Shown here piece by piece: positions 26,906 to 37,399 of a stretch of DNA of 64,000 nucleotides. The translations under genes and the position numbers were made by a program. Source of the stretch: Bacteroidales bacterium (GTDB taxonomy: Bacteria; Bacteroidota; Bacteroidia; Bacteroidales; JAGOPY01). The notes below the pieces were generated by a model. The model was given only the letters and a program-made list of their open reading frames with translations. It made no database searches and was not told the origin of the DNA. The stretch's first letter is position 1; each line of letters begins with the position of its first letter. The stretch spans positions 601 to 64,600 of the forward strand of contig JAWOHY010000022.1 of assembly GCA_046484945.1 (NCBI GenBank). The letters run 5' to 3'.

Positions 26906-28066
26906 TTATCCATTTAACCAGCTTTTAAAATAATCGGGATCTTCAATCTCGATTGCCGTGCGTGTGATTTTCAGCGGCCGGAAGGTATCCACCATCACGG
27001 CGAGCTCCCGGGTTTCTTTCTGGCCGAGGCTTTTTTCCACGGTTCCGGGATGCGGGCCATGTGGGATCCCAATCGGGTGCAGGGTAATCTGGCCGCGCTC
27101 CACATGCTTGCGGCTCATGAATTCGCCATCGACATAATACAATACTTCATCCGAGTCGACATTGCTGTGATTGTAAGGAACGGGGATGGCCAGCGGGTGA
27201 TAATCGTACATCCTGGGCACAAAGGCACAGGTGACGAAGTTATTCCCGTCAAAGGTCTGGTGTACGGGAGGCGGCTGGTGGATACGGCCGGTAATCGGTT
27301 CAAAATCGTGGATGGATAAGGCATATGGGTAATGATAGCCGTCCCACCCGATCACATCAAAGGGATGGGAAGCGTAATGATAAGGATACACCAGGTCCTG
27401 CTTCTTCACCATCACCACAAAATCTCCTTTTTCGTCATGGGTTTCCAGTTCCTGTGGTTTGCGGATATCCCTTTCATGGTAAGGGGCATGTTCGAGAAGC
27501 TGCCCGGCATCATTGACATAACGTTTCGGAAACCGGAACGGGCCGAAGGATTCGACAATAAACAGCCGGTTATCCTTTGTCGAAAAGTCGAGTTGGTAAA
27601 TGACTCCCCGGGGAATGATCAGGTGATCACCGTAGCGAAAAGGGATATTTCCGTAAATGGTCCGCAACATTCCTTCACCCTGGTGGACAAAAATCATTTC
27701 ATGGCCATCCGAATTCTTGAAAGAATGATCTCCTCCCCACTGTTCCGGCGCTGCGAGATGGATGTACACGTCGTCATTGACCAGCACCGCTTTCCGGCTC
27801 CGGATATAATCCCGTTCCGGTTTGATCTTAAACCCCATGAAACTTCGATGCTGCATATTCTTTTCCATGGCAATTTCCGGAACAACGGAATGAGGCGTTT
27901 CAATTTCCCTGATCTTTGTAGGCGGATAGGTGTGATAAACCAGGGAATATTCGGCTGAAAAACCTTCCGTTGAGACCAGTTGTTCGGCATAAAGGTTCCC
28001 GTTGGGTTTACGGAACTGGGTATGTCGTTTGGGAGGGATCTCTCCCAGTTTATAATAATGAGGCAT
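26906..28066 (-). CDS. hmgA: Homogentisate 1,2-dioxygenase
   Basis: The ATG at 28066 (MPHYYKLGEIPPKRHTQF...) avoids overlap with the upstream gene. The protein is cupin-type HGD-like throughout (…HPIGIPHGPHPG…). Confidence 0.9.
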   Translation of the reverse strand: MPHYYKLGEIPPKRHTQFRKPNGNLYAEQLVSTEGFSAEYSLVYHTYPPTKIREIETPHSVVPEIAMEKNMQHRSFMGFKIKPERDYIRSRKAVLVNDDVYIHLAAPEQWGGDHSFKNSDGHEMIFVHQGEGMLRTIYGNIPFRYGDHLIIPRGVIYQLDFSTKDNRLFIVESFGPFRFPKRYVNDAGQLLEHAPYHERDIRKPQELETHDEKGDFVVMVKKQDLVYPYHYASHPFDVIGWDGYHYPYALSIHDFEPITGRIHQPPPVHQTFDGNNFVTCAFVPRMYDYHPLAIPVPYNHSNVDSDEVLYYVDGEFMSRKHVERGQITLHPIGIPHGPHPGTVEKSLGQKETRELAVMVDTFRPLKITRTAIEIEDPDYFKSWLNG

Positions 28067-28100
28067 AATAAATATTATTAGTTCGACCCTGGGGACGATT

Positions 28101-29087
28101 TTATTCAATCCCGGCAAAATGTTTCATAAACTGCACCCTTTCATAGGCTGCCGGATTGGCGGCTTCTTTATAACTGAGCCTGCCAATGAAATCACTGGTA
28201 TTTTGGAACTGATGTTTGGCCATCCATTCATCCATTTCCTTCAGCATCACCCCTATTTGCTCAAAGCCTTTTTTATAGAGCACACTGGCTACCTGCACGG
28301 CTTTCGCGCCGGCCAGCATCAGTTTGATCGCGCCATTTCCATTGTGAACCCCGGTTGAGGCGGCTATATCGCAATGAACCTTATCAGACAGCATGGCTAC
28401 CCAGCGCAGGGGCAGGGAGATCTCTTCCGGCGAACTAAAAACATGGGAAGCAGTCACCTCGAGCTTGTCGATATCGATATCCGGGGAAAAGAAACGGTTG
28501 AACAGCACCATTCCTTTGATACCGGTCCAGGAAAGCTGCAATGTCATGTTGGTCAGCGCTGAGAAATAATAACTGATCTTGGCTGCCACCGGTATGCTTA
28601 CCTGTTTTAACACCGCCTGGATGATATCAATATAGATTTGCTCATGGTGTTCTGCTTTTCGTCTCGGATCAGAAGGCAATACGAAAATATTCAACTCCAG
28701 TGCATCGGCGCCCGCATCCTGGATCTTCCGGGCAAAGGATATCCACTCCGTCGCTGATACACAATTGATACTGGCAATGACAGGTATCTTCACTTTCTTT
28801 TTGGCATCCCGGATAAGGTTCAGGTATTTTTCCACGTCATTTTCCTTTGTATAATGACTGATATAATCGAGGGCTTCAGGATAAGTATTCACATTATCGT
28901 CATGCCCCATGGTCCGGTTTATGGCATAATTGATCTGCTCTTCAAACAAAGACTTCAGCACAACGGCCCCCGCGCCATTTTCTTCCAGTTTCACAATATT
29001 CTCGACAGAATTAGTAAGGCCTGAACTCCCTGCAATGATCGGGTTTCGTAATTCCAGGCCCATATAACGGGTGGATAGATCGGACAT
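28101..29087 (-). CDS. Dihydroorotate dehydrogenase-like FMN TIM-barrel protein (PyrD/PreA-like, function unclear)
   Basis: 328 aa. The N-terminus YMGLELRNPIIAGSSGLT is typical of class-1 DHOD-like proteins. Confidence 0.8.
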   Translation of the reverse strand: MSDLSTRYMGLELRNPIIAGSSGLTNSVENIVKLEENGAGAVVLKSLFEEQINYAINRTMGHDDNVNTYPEALDYISHYTKENDVEKYLNLIRDAKKKVKIPVIASINCVSATEWISFARKIQDAGADALELNIFVLPSDPRRKAEHHEQIYIDIIQAVLKQVSIPVAAKISYYFSALTNMTLQLSWTGIKGMVLFNRFFSPDIDIDKLEVTASHVFSSPEEISLPLRWVAMLSDKVHCDIAASTGVHNGNGAIKLMLAGAKAVQVASVLYKKGFEQIGVMLKEMDEWMAKHQFQNTSDFIGRLSYKEAANPAAYERVQFMKHFAGIE

Positions 29088-29159
29088 TTTACCTCCTCTA
29101 TTATTTATTTGTGAGATTTCTCATATGATTTGAACACCACTATGTCAACTGAACAAAGG

Positions 29160-29167
29160 CAAATTTA
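29160..29167 (-). promoter_or_regulatory. Candidate promoter for the DHOD-like/hmgA/hppD/fahA gene string (-7 box TAAATTTG, TTTG about 18 nt upstream)
   Basis: The minus strand reads cTTTGgcaatacgaataaatcttTAAATTTG. This lies 73 nt upstream of the ATG at 29087. Confidence 0.45.
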
Positions 29168-29203
29168 AAGATTTATTCGTATTGCCAAAGCATTCAAAAA
29201 AAC

Positions 29204-30826
29204 TTAACCAATATTAAATTTCCGGAAGGCAGCCTCGTCCCTGAGCAGCTCAACCGCCTTATTATATTCATTATCGATCGTCAACATGATCTGATAGTAG
29301 GCATTTATATCCCATACATGCCTGGCGATCAGGGCTTTGATTTGGGTTTTGATCAGCAATTGCGACACATCCCAATCCGCTTCATTGAATTCAATTCCCT
29401 CCTTTTCCACTCTATCAAAAAACCGCTCCAGCACCTCCCCTTCCGTTTCAAAATCAGCATTAAACTGGTCCCACGAGGGATATTCTTCCTGTATCCGGAT
29501 CCGGTTTTCTTCCACATAATCCAAAGTAAAGGAGTTTAAGAGGCCTTTTCTCCGGAGATCGACATAGTAATCGGAAAACATGGTAGAATCCCAGGGAATA
29601 AATACATCGGGCATGATCCCCCCGCCTCCGTAAACCGTCCTGCCTTTCAGTGTTGAAAATTTTAGGGAATCGGGAAACTCAATGCTATCGACATGAATGA
29701 ATTCTCCCCGCTGGAATCTGTTCCGCATGTCACGGTAATATTCTTCTGATCCGTTTTCATAAGGTCTTTGAATGGATCTTCCGGAGGGGGTGTAATACCG
29801 GGCCGTGGTAAGCCGGATCACCGATCCGTCGGGGAGGCTAAAGGGACGCTGTACCAGGCCTTTTCCGAAGGATCTCCGGCCGATCACCAGTCCCCGGTCA
29901 AGATCCTGCACGGCCCCCGATACAATTTCACTGGCTGAAGCAGAAGCTTCATCGATGATAATGACCAGGTTGCCGGTTTTGAAATCCCCGGAGGGGGTGG
30001 CATAATAATTCTGACGCGGGCTGTTGATTCCTTCGGTATAAACAATGAGCCTGCCCATTTCCAGGAACTCATCGGCCAGCTCAACGGCTATGTTGAGAAA
30101 TCCGCCGGAGTTACCCCGCAGGTCAAGGATCATACTGACCATCCCCTGATCTTTCAGGGTTTCGATGGCCCCGGTAAACTCTTCTATTGAAGTCTTTGAA
30201 AAGCGGTTTAACCGGATATAGCCCACTTCAGGAGCGGCCATAAAACTGGCATCGATAGAATTCAGTGGAATTTTGTCCCTTTCTATTGTGAAATTCAACA
30301 ATTCGCTTCTTCCTTTCCGGAAAATGGAAACATCCACCATGGTGCCCTTCTTTCCCCGCAACCGCTCCATGACCCACTCGTTGCTGATCTCGCTCCCGGT
30401 TGCACTTTCCCCGTTTATGATCACGATCTTATCGCCCGAAAGAATGCCCAGTTTGTCTGAAGGGCCTCCCGGAACAGGAGAAATGACCAGTATTGTATCG
30501 TGGTATATCTGGAATGTCACACCTATGCCTTCAAAACTGCCTTCCAGCGGTTCGTTGGCTTTACGGACATCTTCTTTGGAAATATAAGAGGAATGGGGGT
30601 CCAGGCTCTTCAGGGATTTGACGATGGCATCTGTAACCACGTCCTGCATATTGATGCTATCGACGTATGCCAAATCAATGATCTGCATCGCTGCTATCAG
30701 TTTCTGGATTTCCTGTCGCCCGGAAGCACTCTGCCCGTAAGATCCGGTGCAGGTAAACAAAATGAATAGTCCTGCCAGGATCAATCCCACCATTCGTCTA
30801 TTCCGATAAATTGCTGATTCAGACAT
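29204..30826 (-). CDS. S41-family carboxyl-terminal processing peptidase
   Basis: 540 aa with a signal peptide and a PDZ segment. Motifs DLRGNSGGF, ASASEIVSGA and GKGLVQ. Confidence 0.9.
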   Translation of the reverse strand: MSESAIYRNRRMVGLILAGLFILFTCTGSYGQSASGRQEIQKLIAAMQIIDLAYVDSINMQDVVTDAIVKSLKSLDPHSSYISKEDVRKANEPLEGSFEGIGVTFQIYHDTILVISPVPGGPSDKLGILSGDKIVIINGESATGSEISNEWVMERLRGKKGTMVDVSIFRKGRSELLNFTIERDKIPLNSIDASFMAAPEVGYIRLNRFSKTSIEEFTGAIETLKDQGMVSMILDLRGNSGGFLNIAVELADEFLEMGRLIVYTEGINSPRQNYYATPSGDFKTGNLVIIIDEASASASEIVSGAVQDLDRGLVIGRRSFGKGLVQRPFSLPDGSVIRLTTARYYTPSGRSIQRPYENGSEEYYRDMRNRFQRGEFIHVDSIEFPDSLKFSTLKGRTVYGGGGIMPDVFIPWDSTMFSDYYVDLRRKGLLNSFTLDYVEENRIRIQEEYPSWDQFNADFETEGEVLERFFDRVEKEGIEFNEADWDVSQLLIKTQIKALIARHVWDINAYYQIMLTIDNEYNKAVELLRDEAAFRKFNIG

Positions 30827-30880
30827 GATAATAAAAAATTTCAGGTTAAATAACAGGTCTGTATATCACAACCAGTCATA

Positions 30881-32950
30881 TTAGTAAGCCAGCAATTCGA
30901 TGCAGGCATTGTATATTTTTTCCGTACTCGGCAAAATTGCATTTTCAAGTATCCTGTTAAAGCCCACCGGTGTAAATTCAGCCCCAATCCGTTTCACCGG
31001 GGCATCGAGGTATTGAAATGCATCGGCAGCAATCATGGCAGCCAGTTCGGCGCCGAATCCTGCAAAAACCTTGTCTTCATGCACCACGAGCGCTTTGCTT
31101 GTCTTTTTCACCGAAGCCAGTACAGCTTCTTTATCCAGCGGGATCAGCGACCGGATATCGATCACTTCAATGCTTTTGCCTTCTTCATCAAAAATTTTTC
31201 CGGCAACTTTCAGTGCCATATGGGTCGTATTACCATAAGTGATAATACTGAGATCGGTTCCCTCCCGCCTGGTGCGCGCTTTCCCAAAGGGCACTTCAAA
31301 ATCGTCAGGGACGACGGTTTCAGCAATGGGGTCGTTATATAGTGCCTTGGGTTCCATGAAGACGGTAGGTCCCTTTGAGCGGATGCTGGTCCTGAGCAAA
31401 CCGGCGGCATCATCGGCGAAGGAGGGATAGACAATCCGGATACCCGGGAAAGTGGAGAGTGCGCCCTCAATGGATTGCGAGTGATACAACCCTCCTCCGA
31501 TATAGCCACCGGAAGCCAGCCGGATCGTAACATTCGATGCAAACTGACCGTTCGTACGCCAGTAATCATGGGTCATCTCTACGAATTGTTCCATGGCCGG
31601 CCAGAAGTAATCGGCAAATTCCGCACCTTCGATCACAATCCGGATCTTATCGTCAAAACGGCTCATGCCATTGGCAGTGCCGACGATATAATCCTCGGCG
31701 ATGGGCGCATTGAAAACCCGTTGTTTTCCAAACTCCTGCTGCATCCCCTTGGTCACGTTGAAAACGCCTCCTTTCTCCTTGTTCGCCACATCCTGTCCCC
31801 AAATGAAAGTATCCGGATTACGCCGAAACTCATGTTTCAGGGTCTCATTCAAAGCCTGGATCATTTTCCTTTTATCCCCGTCTTCCTGATGAATACCATC
31901 CGGATATACGGAAGGCTGGTAAGCCTCAGGCAATACAAAATCATGAATGGAAGCGGGATCGGGGTCGGGTGAGGTGATGACTTTCTTGTGTGCGGCAGAA
32001 ATGGTTCTCTTGGCCTGCACATCCAGCTCATCCAGTTCCGGTTCGGTAAAGACGCCGGAATAGATCAGCCTTTTCCTGAATTTCTCGAGCGGATCCTGGC
32101 TCCGGGCCTCGCTGATCTCATTATCATCCCGGTAGAGTTCGTGCCGGTCGCTGTTGGAATGAGAATGCATCCTGACACAATGGGCGTGCACGATCACCGG
32201 CTGTCCGGTCTCCAGCACGTGCTGTTTGGCAACGGTCATGGCATTCATGCTGCTAAAAACATCCAGGCCGTTACAGTAAATGATCCGCAGATTCTTAAAC
32301 CCTTCAAAATTGGTGGCCGCATAATAATTGGCTGTCTGGTCCTCTTTTGGCACCGAGATCCCATAGCCGTTATCCTGGAAGACAAAGATCACCGGAAGTT
32401 GTTCGTTGCTGGCGCCATTGATCGCCTCATAAACATACCCCTCAGAGGTGGAGGATTCTCCCTGGGAACTGATGGCCACACCGCCTGACTGGTAATATTT
32501 CATAGCCCTGGCTACCCCGACGGCATGCAGGGTGTGATTGCCGGTAGCCGATGAGACATTATGAATGTTCCATTCCGGTTTGGCAAAGTGATTCGACATA
32601 TGGCGTCCGCCACTGGCGACATCATCTTTTTTGGACAGCCCGTTAAGAATGATCTCTTCAGCCGACAACCCGGCAGAAATAGTCGTGAGCATATCCCTGT
32701 AGTATGGAAAAAGATGATCCTTTTCACGGTCAAAAACCTGGCCGATGGCAAGCTGAATGCCGTCATGACCGGCGTATGGGGCATGGTATGACCATCCCAG
32801 CGCCTGTTTCAGGTAATTCGGCGCCTTGTCGTCGATCTGCCTCCCCATTGTCATCAGGGAATACCACTTTTTCAGGGTTTCCTTATCGGTTTTTTTGATA
32901 GAATGCAGCTTATCGTCTTTGCTGATCCTGAGTCTTTTATTTTGATACAT
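30881..32950 (-). CDS. 2-oxoacid dehydrogenase E1 component, fused alpha/beta subunits (TPP-dependent)
   Basis: 689 aa. The N-terminal half is E1-alpha-like (…GHDGIQLAIG…, …SSQGESSTSEG…). The C-terminal half is E1-beta/transketolase-pyrimidine-like (…FNAPIAEDYIVGTANG…). Confidence 0.88.
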   Translation of the reverse strand: MYQNKRLRISKDDKLHSIKKTDKETLKKWYSLMTMGRQIDDKAPNYLKQALGWSYHAPYAGHDGIQLAIGQVFDREKDHLFPYYRDMLTTISAGLSAEEIILNGLSKKDDVASGGRHMSNHFAKPEWNIHNVSSATGNHTLHAVGVARAMKYYQSGGVAISSQGESSTSEGYVYEAINGASNEQLPVIFVFQDNGYGISVPKEDQTANYYAATNFEGFKNLRIIYCNGLDVFSSMNAMTVAKQHVLETGQPVIVHAHCVRMHSHSNSDRHELYRDDNEISEARSQDPLEKFRKRLIYSGVFTEPELDELDVQAKRTISAAHKKVITSPDPDPASIHDFVLPEAYQPSVYPDGIHQEDGDKRKMIQALNETLKHEFRRNPDTFIWGQDVANKEKGGVFNVTKGMQQEFGKQRVFNAPIAEDYIVGTANGMSRFDDKIRIVIEGAEFADYFWPAMEQFVEMTHDYWRTNGQFASNVTIRLASGGYIGGGLYHSQSIEGALSTFPGIRIVYPSFADDAAGLLRTSIRSKGPTVFMEPKALYNDPIAETVVPDDFEVPFGKARTRREGTDLSIITYGNTTHMALKVAGKIFDEEGKSIEVIDIRSLIPLDKEAVLASVKKTSKALVVHEDKVFAGFGAELAAMIAADAFQYLDAPVKRIGAEFTPVGFNRILENAILPSTEKIYNACIELLAY

Positions 32951-33000
32951 AATGGTGTCCTTAATTCAAACGTACTAACAACCGGTAAATTGAAATGTTT

Positions 33001-33051
33001 AACAAAAATAACCATATTTACGCATTATTTTTAAATAATCTAAATATGGTT
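33001..33051 (-). terminator. Rho-independent terminator downstream of tsaC
   Basis: 11-bp perfect stem AACCATATTTA (33010-33020) / TAAATATGGTT (33041-33051), with an inner 7-bp palindrome ATTATTT..AAATAAT. It is followed on the minus strand by ATTTTTGTT. Confidence 0.6.
33003..33010 (-). promoter_or_regulatory. Candidate -7 box TATTTTTG for the E1 gene
   Basis: Exact TAnnTTTG on the minus strand, 53 nt upstream of the ATG at 32950. It overlaps the T-tract of the preceding terminator. Confidence 0.4.
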
Positions 33052-33085
33052 TGCTAACATTTGCATGTAATATGGCCGGGAAACC

Positions 33086-33652
33086 CTACTTCCTGATCAT
33101 TTCAAATTCCCCGTTATCCAGCAGCCTGATTATGGTCGAGGGTTTGGTTTTAATAATCACATCCCGGTTAAAGTTAACAATGTGGTCAACTTTTTCCTTG
33201 ATTTCGTCAGATATCTTACTAAAGGCAATCGGTGGCGGGTTCCCGGAAATATTGGCCGAGGTGGAAACGATCGGTTTCCCGAAAATCCTGATGAGCTCCC
33301 GGCAAAACTCATCCCTGACGATCCGGATAGCGATCGTCCCATCCTTTGCGACAACGTTTTTAGCCAGGTTCATCGCATGAGGATATATGATGGTCAGTGG
33401 TTCCTGGTAATTTTCAATCAGGTCGTAAGCGGCCGGTGGAACCTTTCTTATGTAACCGGCGATTTTATCTATATGATCCAGCAGGACGATCAGGCTCTTA
33501 CTTTCATAACGATGCTTGATCCGGTAGATCTTTTCCACAGGACGCGCAAGTGTGGCATCACATCCAATTCCCCAGATGGTATCTGTCGGATACAGGATGA
33601 TCTTCCCTTTTTTCAGGAATTTTAACGCTTGTTTCAGTTCCTCATCCATCAA
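33086..33652 (-). CDS. tsaC: L-threonylcarbamoyladenylate synthase (YrdC/Sua5/TsaC family)
   Basis: 188 aa. Motifs ILYPTDTIWGIGCDA and VSTSANISG. Confidence 0.88.
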   Translation of the reverse strand: MMDEELKQALKFLKKGKIILYPTDTIWGIGCDATLARPVEKIYRIKHRYESKSLIVLLDHIDKIAGYIRKVPPAAYDLIENYQEPLTIIYPHAMNLAKNVVAKDGTIAIRIVRDEFCRELIRIFGKPIVSTSANISGNPPPIAFSKISDEIKEKVDHIVNFNRDVIIKTKPSTIIRLLDNGEFEMIRK

Positions 33653-33708
33653 TCATTATCTGCTTATATACCTATAAACATCTGACAGCAGAACTTTGTT
33701 CTGATAAA

Positions 33709-35676
33709 TTACCTGCGTTTGGAAGGTGGGTTATATCCTTTCTTTTTGGCCATATCCTCAAGCCTTTTCTGGAAACCCGACTTTTTAACGGGTTTCAGCT
33801 TGTTTTGCTGTATCTGCCGTTGAAGTTTATCTTCATCAATAAACCATCTGAAGGCATACATCTGGGCAAATGTGATCAGGTTCACCAGCAAATAGTAATA
33901 ACTCAAACCGGAAGCATAATTGTTAAAGATTCCCAGGAACATGATCGGCATGATATACATCATCGTTTTCATACCGGGCATCTGCTGGCTTCCGGTAGCC
34001 ATCATCTGATTGTTCATATAGGTGTATATGATAGTCGAAATGGTCATCAGCAATGTAAACAAGCTCACATGATCGCCATAAAAAGGAATTTCGAATGGAA
34101 GGCTGAGAACAGAATCGTAAGTAGACAGGTCGTTGGCCCAAAGGAAAGCTTCCTGGCGCAATTCGATGGAGGCAGGGAAGAACCGGAAGAGGGCTATCAG
34201 TATTGGCATTTGCAGCAATACCGGGATACAGCCCGACATGGGGTTCACTCCCGCTTTTTTATAAAGCGCCATCACTGCCTGTTGCTTTTTCATGGCATCC
34301 TCTTTTTTCGGATATTTCTGGCTCAGCTCATCCACTTCAGGTTTCAGCAGGCGCATTTTAGCAGAAGAAAGAAAGGTTTTATAGGCAATGGGGAACAGCA
34401 CGATCTTCAACAGGATTGTAAGGATCAGAATGACGATCCCATAATTCCACCCGAAACTGCCCAGGAAATTGAATACAGGCAGCACCAGGAACCGGTTGAT
34501 CCAATGCATCAGGAAGAAACTCCAGCCCAGGGGGATCTGGCGTTCCAGATCAAGGTCATATTTGCGCAGGATGTTATACTTGTTCGGGCCGAAATACAGT
34601 GACATGCCGATCGTTTCTTCCCTGTCTCCGGAGAAAGGAACGCCCACTTTGTAGTAAAATGAACGGAGATAGCGATCGCTGGGCGGCGTGGGCGATGTTG
34701 CGACCCGCATTACGGGATCGACGAAATAATTATTGGCGATTAAGGTAGAGGAGAAGAACTGTTGTTTCAGGGACACCCATTTTAACTGGACCCGGAGCGA
34801 CTCTTCATCGTCTTTGCTTTCGGATAAATACTCGACTTTATCTTTATTGACCTTGTAATAGATCGTGGTCCCGTTAAAAGGATCGACCCGTTTCTCCTGT
34901 TTTAGCAGGTCGGCGCTCCACTCAAAATCGACATATCCCCTGACCGCATCAATGGTCTTATCCAGGTTAACAAAACTGACATCGAAGCCCAGCATATGGT
35001 TATCTCCGTGGATCGTAAACAGGTATTCGATATACTGGTCACCTGCCGGCACTGTATCATAAGATGCATGCAGCCGCAGGGCGAACCGGGCCGTCTGGTC
35101 CCCGGTAACCCTGATGGTATCGCTGTTTTCCATGTAACCGTCATACCACACCGGTTGAAAATAGAGATCGGTCGTGTTAATCGTCCGGTTATTGGCAAAA
35201 AAGGTGAATCCGAACACATTGGTATCCGTATCGATGAGCACCAGCGGCTGACCGTCCCAGGTGAGAAAATCCTTCAACTCCGCATAAGTGATTTTGCCAC
35301 CATGGCTTGACAACCCGATCCTTAACAGGTCATTTTCAAGGAAAAAATTCTTTTTCTCTCCGGCAGCAGACACGCCGAATGTTCCATAACGGTCTTGCAA
35401 GAGGGCCAGGTCGGGCGCTGTTGTTTCGCTGGCCGGCATCCTGGTTTCTTCAGCCTGCAACCGCTCTTCCGCCAGTTTCTCCTGTTCCAGCTGGGAGGCA
35501 ATGTACAGGGAATCCCTGACCCTCTGCAGGGCCAGAACGGAATCCTGCTTGCGTCTCCTTTCCTCGATCTCTTCCTGGGAAGGAGCGGTGATAAAATAGT
35601 AACCGATCAGAATACTAAAGATCAGCAGGAATCCGATTATCGTGTTTTTGTTGTCCATCAGGGGGTTATCAGTCAA
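33709..35676 (-). CDS. yidC: Membrane protein insertase YidC
   Basis: 655 aa. One N-terminal TM helix, a large periplasmic domain, and a C-terminal 5-TM core (…MRLLKPEVDELSQKY…, …NPMSGCIPVLLQMPILIALF…). Confidence 0.95.
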   Translation of the reverse strand: MTDNPLMDNKNTIIGFLLIFSILIGYYFITAPSQEEIEERRRKQDSVLALQRVRDSLYIASQLEQEKLAEERLQAEETRMPASETTAPDLALLQDRYGTFGVSAAGEKKNFFLENDLLRIGLSSHGGKITYAELKDFLTWDGQPLVLIDTDTNVFGFTFFANNRTINTTDLYFQPVWYDGYMENSDTIRVTGDQTARFALRLHASYDTVPAGDQYIEYLFTIHGDNHMLGFDVSFVNLDKTIDAVRGYVDFEWSADLLKQEKRVDPFNGTTIYYKVNKDKVEYLSESKDDEESLRVQLKWVSLKQQFFSSTLIANNYFVDPVMRVATSPTPPSDRYLRSFYYKVGVPFSGDREETIGMSLYFGPNKYNILRKYDLDLERQIPLGWSFFLMHWINRFLVLPVFNFLGSFGWNYGIVILILTILLKIVLFPIAYKTFLSSAKMRLLKPEVDELSQKYPKKEDAMKKQQAVMALYKKAGVNPMSGCIPVLLQMPILIALFRFFPASIELRQEAFLWANDLSTYDSVLSLPFEIPFYGDHVSLFTLLMTISTIIYTYMNNQMMATGSQQMPGMKTMMYIMPIMFLGIFNNYASGLSYYYLLVNLITFAQMYAFRWFIDEDKLQRQIQQNKLKPVKKSGFQKRLEDMAKKKGYNPPSKRR

Positions 35677-35737
35677 ATATTCTTATTCTGGAGGCAAAGA
35701 TAAATCAAATGCAAAGATTAATACACAGTGGTTATGA

Positions 35738-37378
<1,641 letters not shown>

Positions 37379-37399
37379 TTATACAGATCTGGTCATCTG

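Noticed and set aside
33689-33703. Small hairpin CAGAAC-ttt-GTTCTG after the yidC stop as a terminator
   Set aside because: The stem is 6 bp with a 3-nt loop and no T-tract. tsaC follows 56 nt later and is probably co-transcribed.
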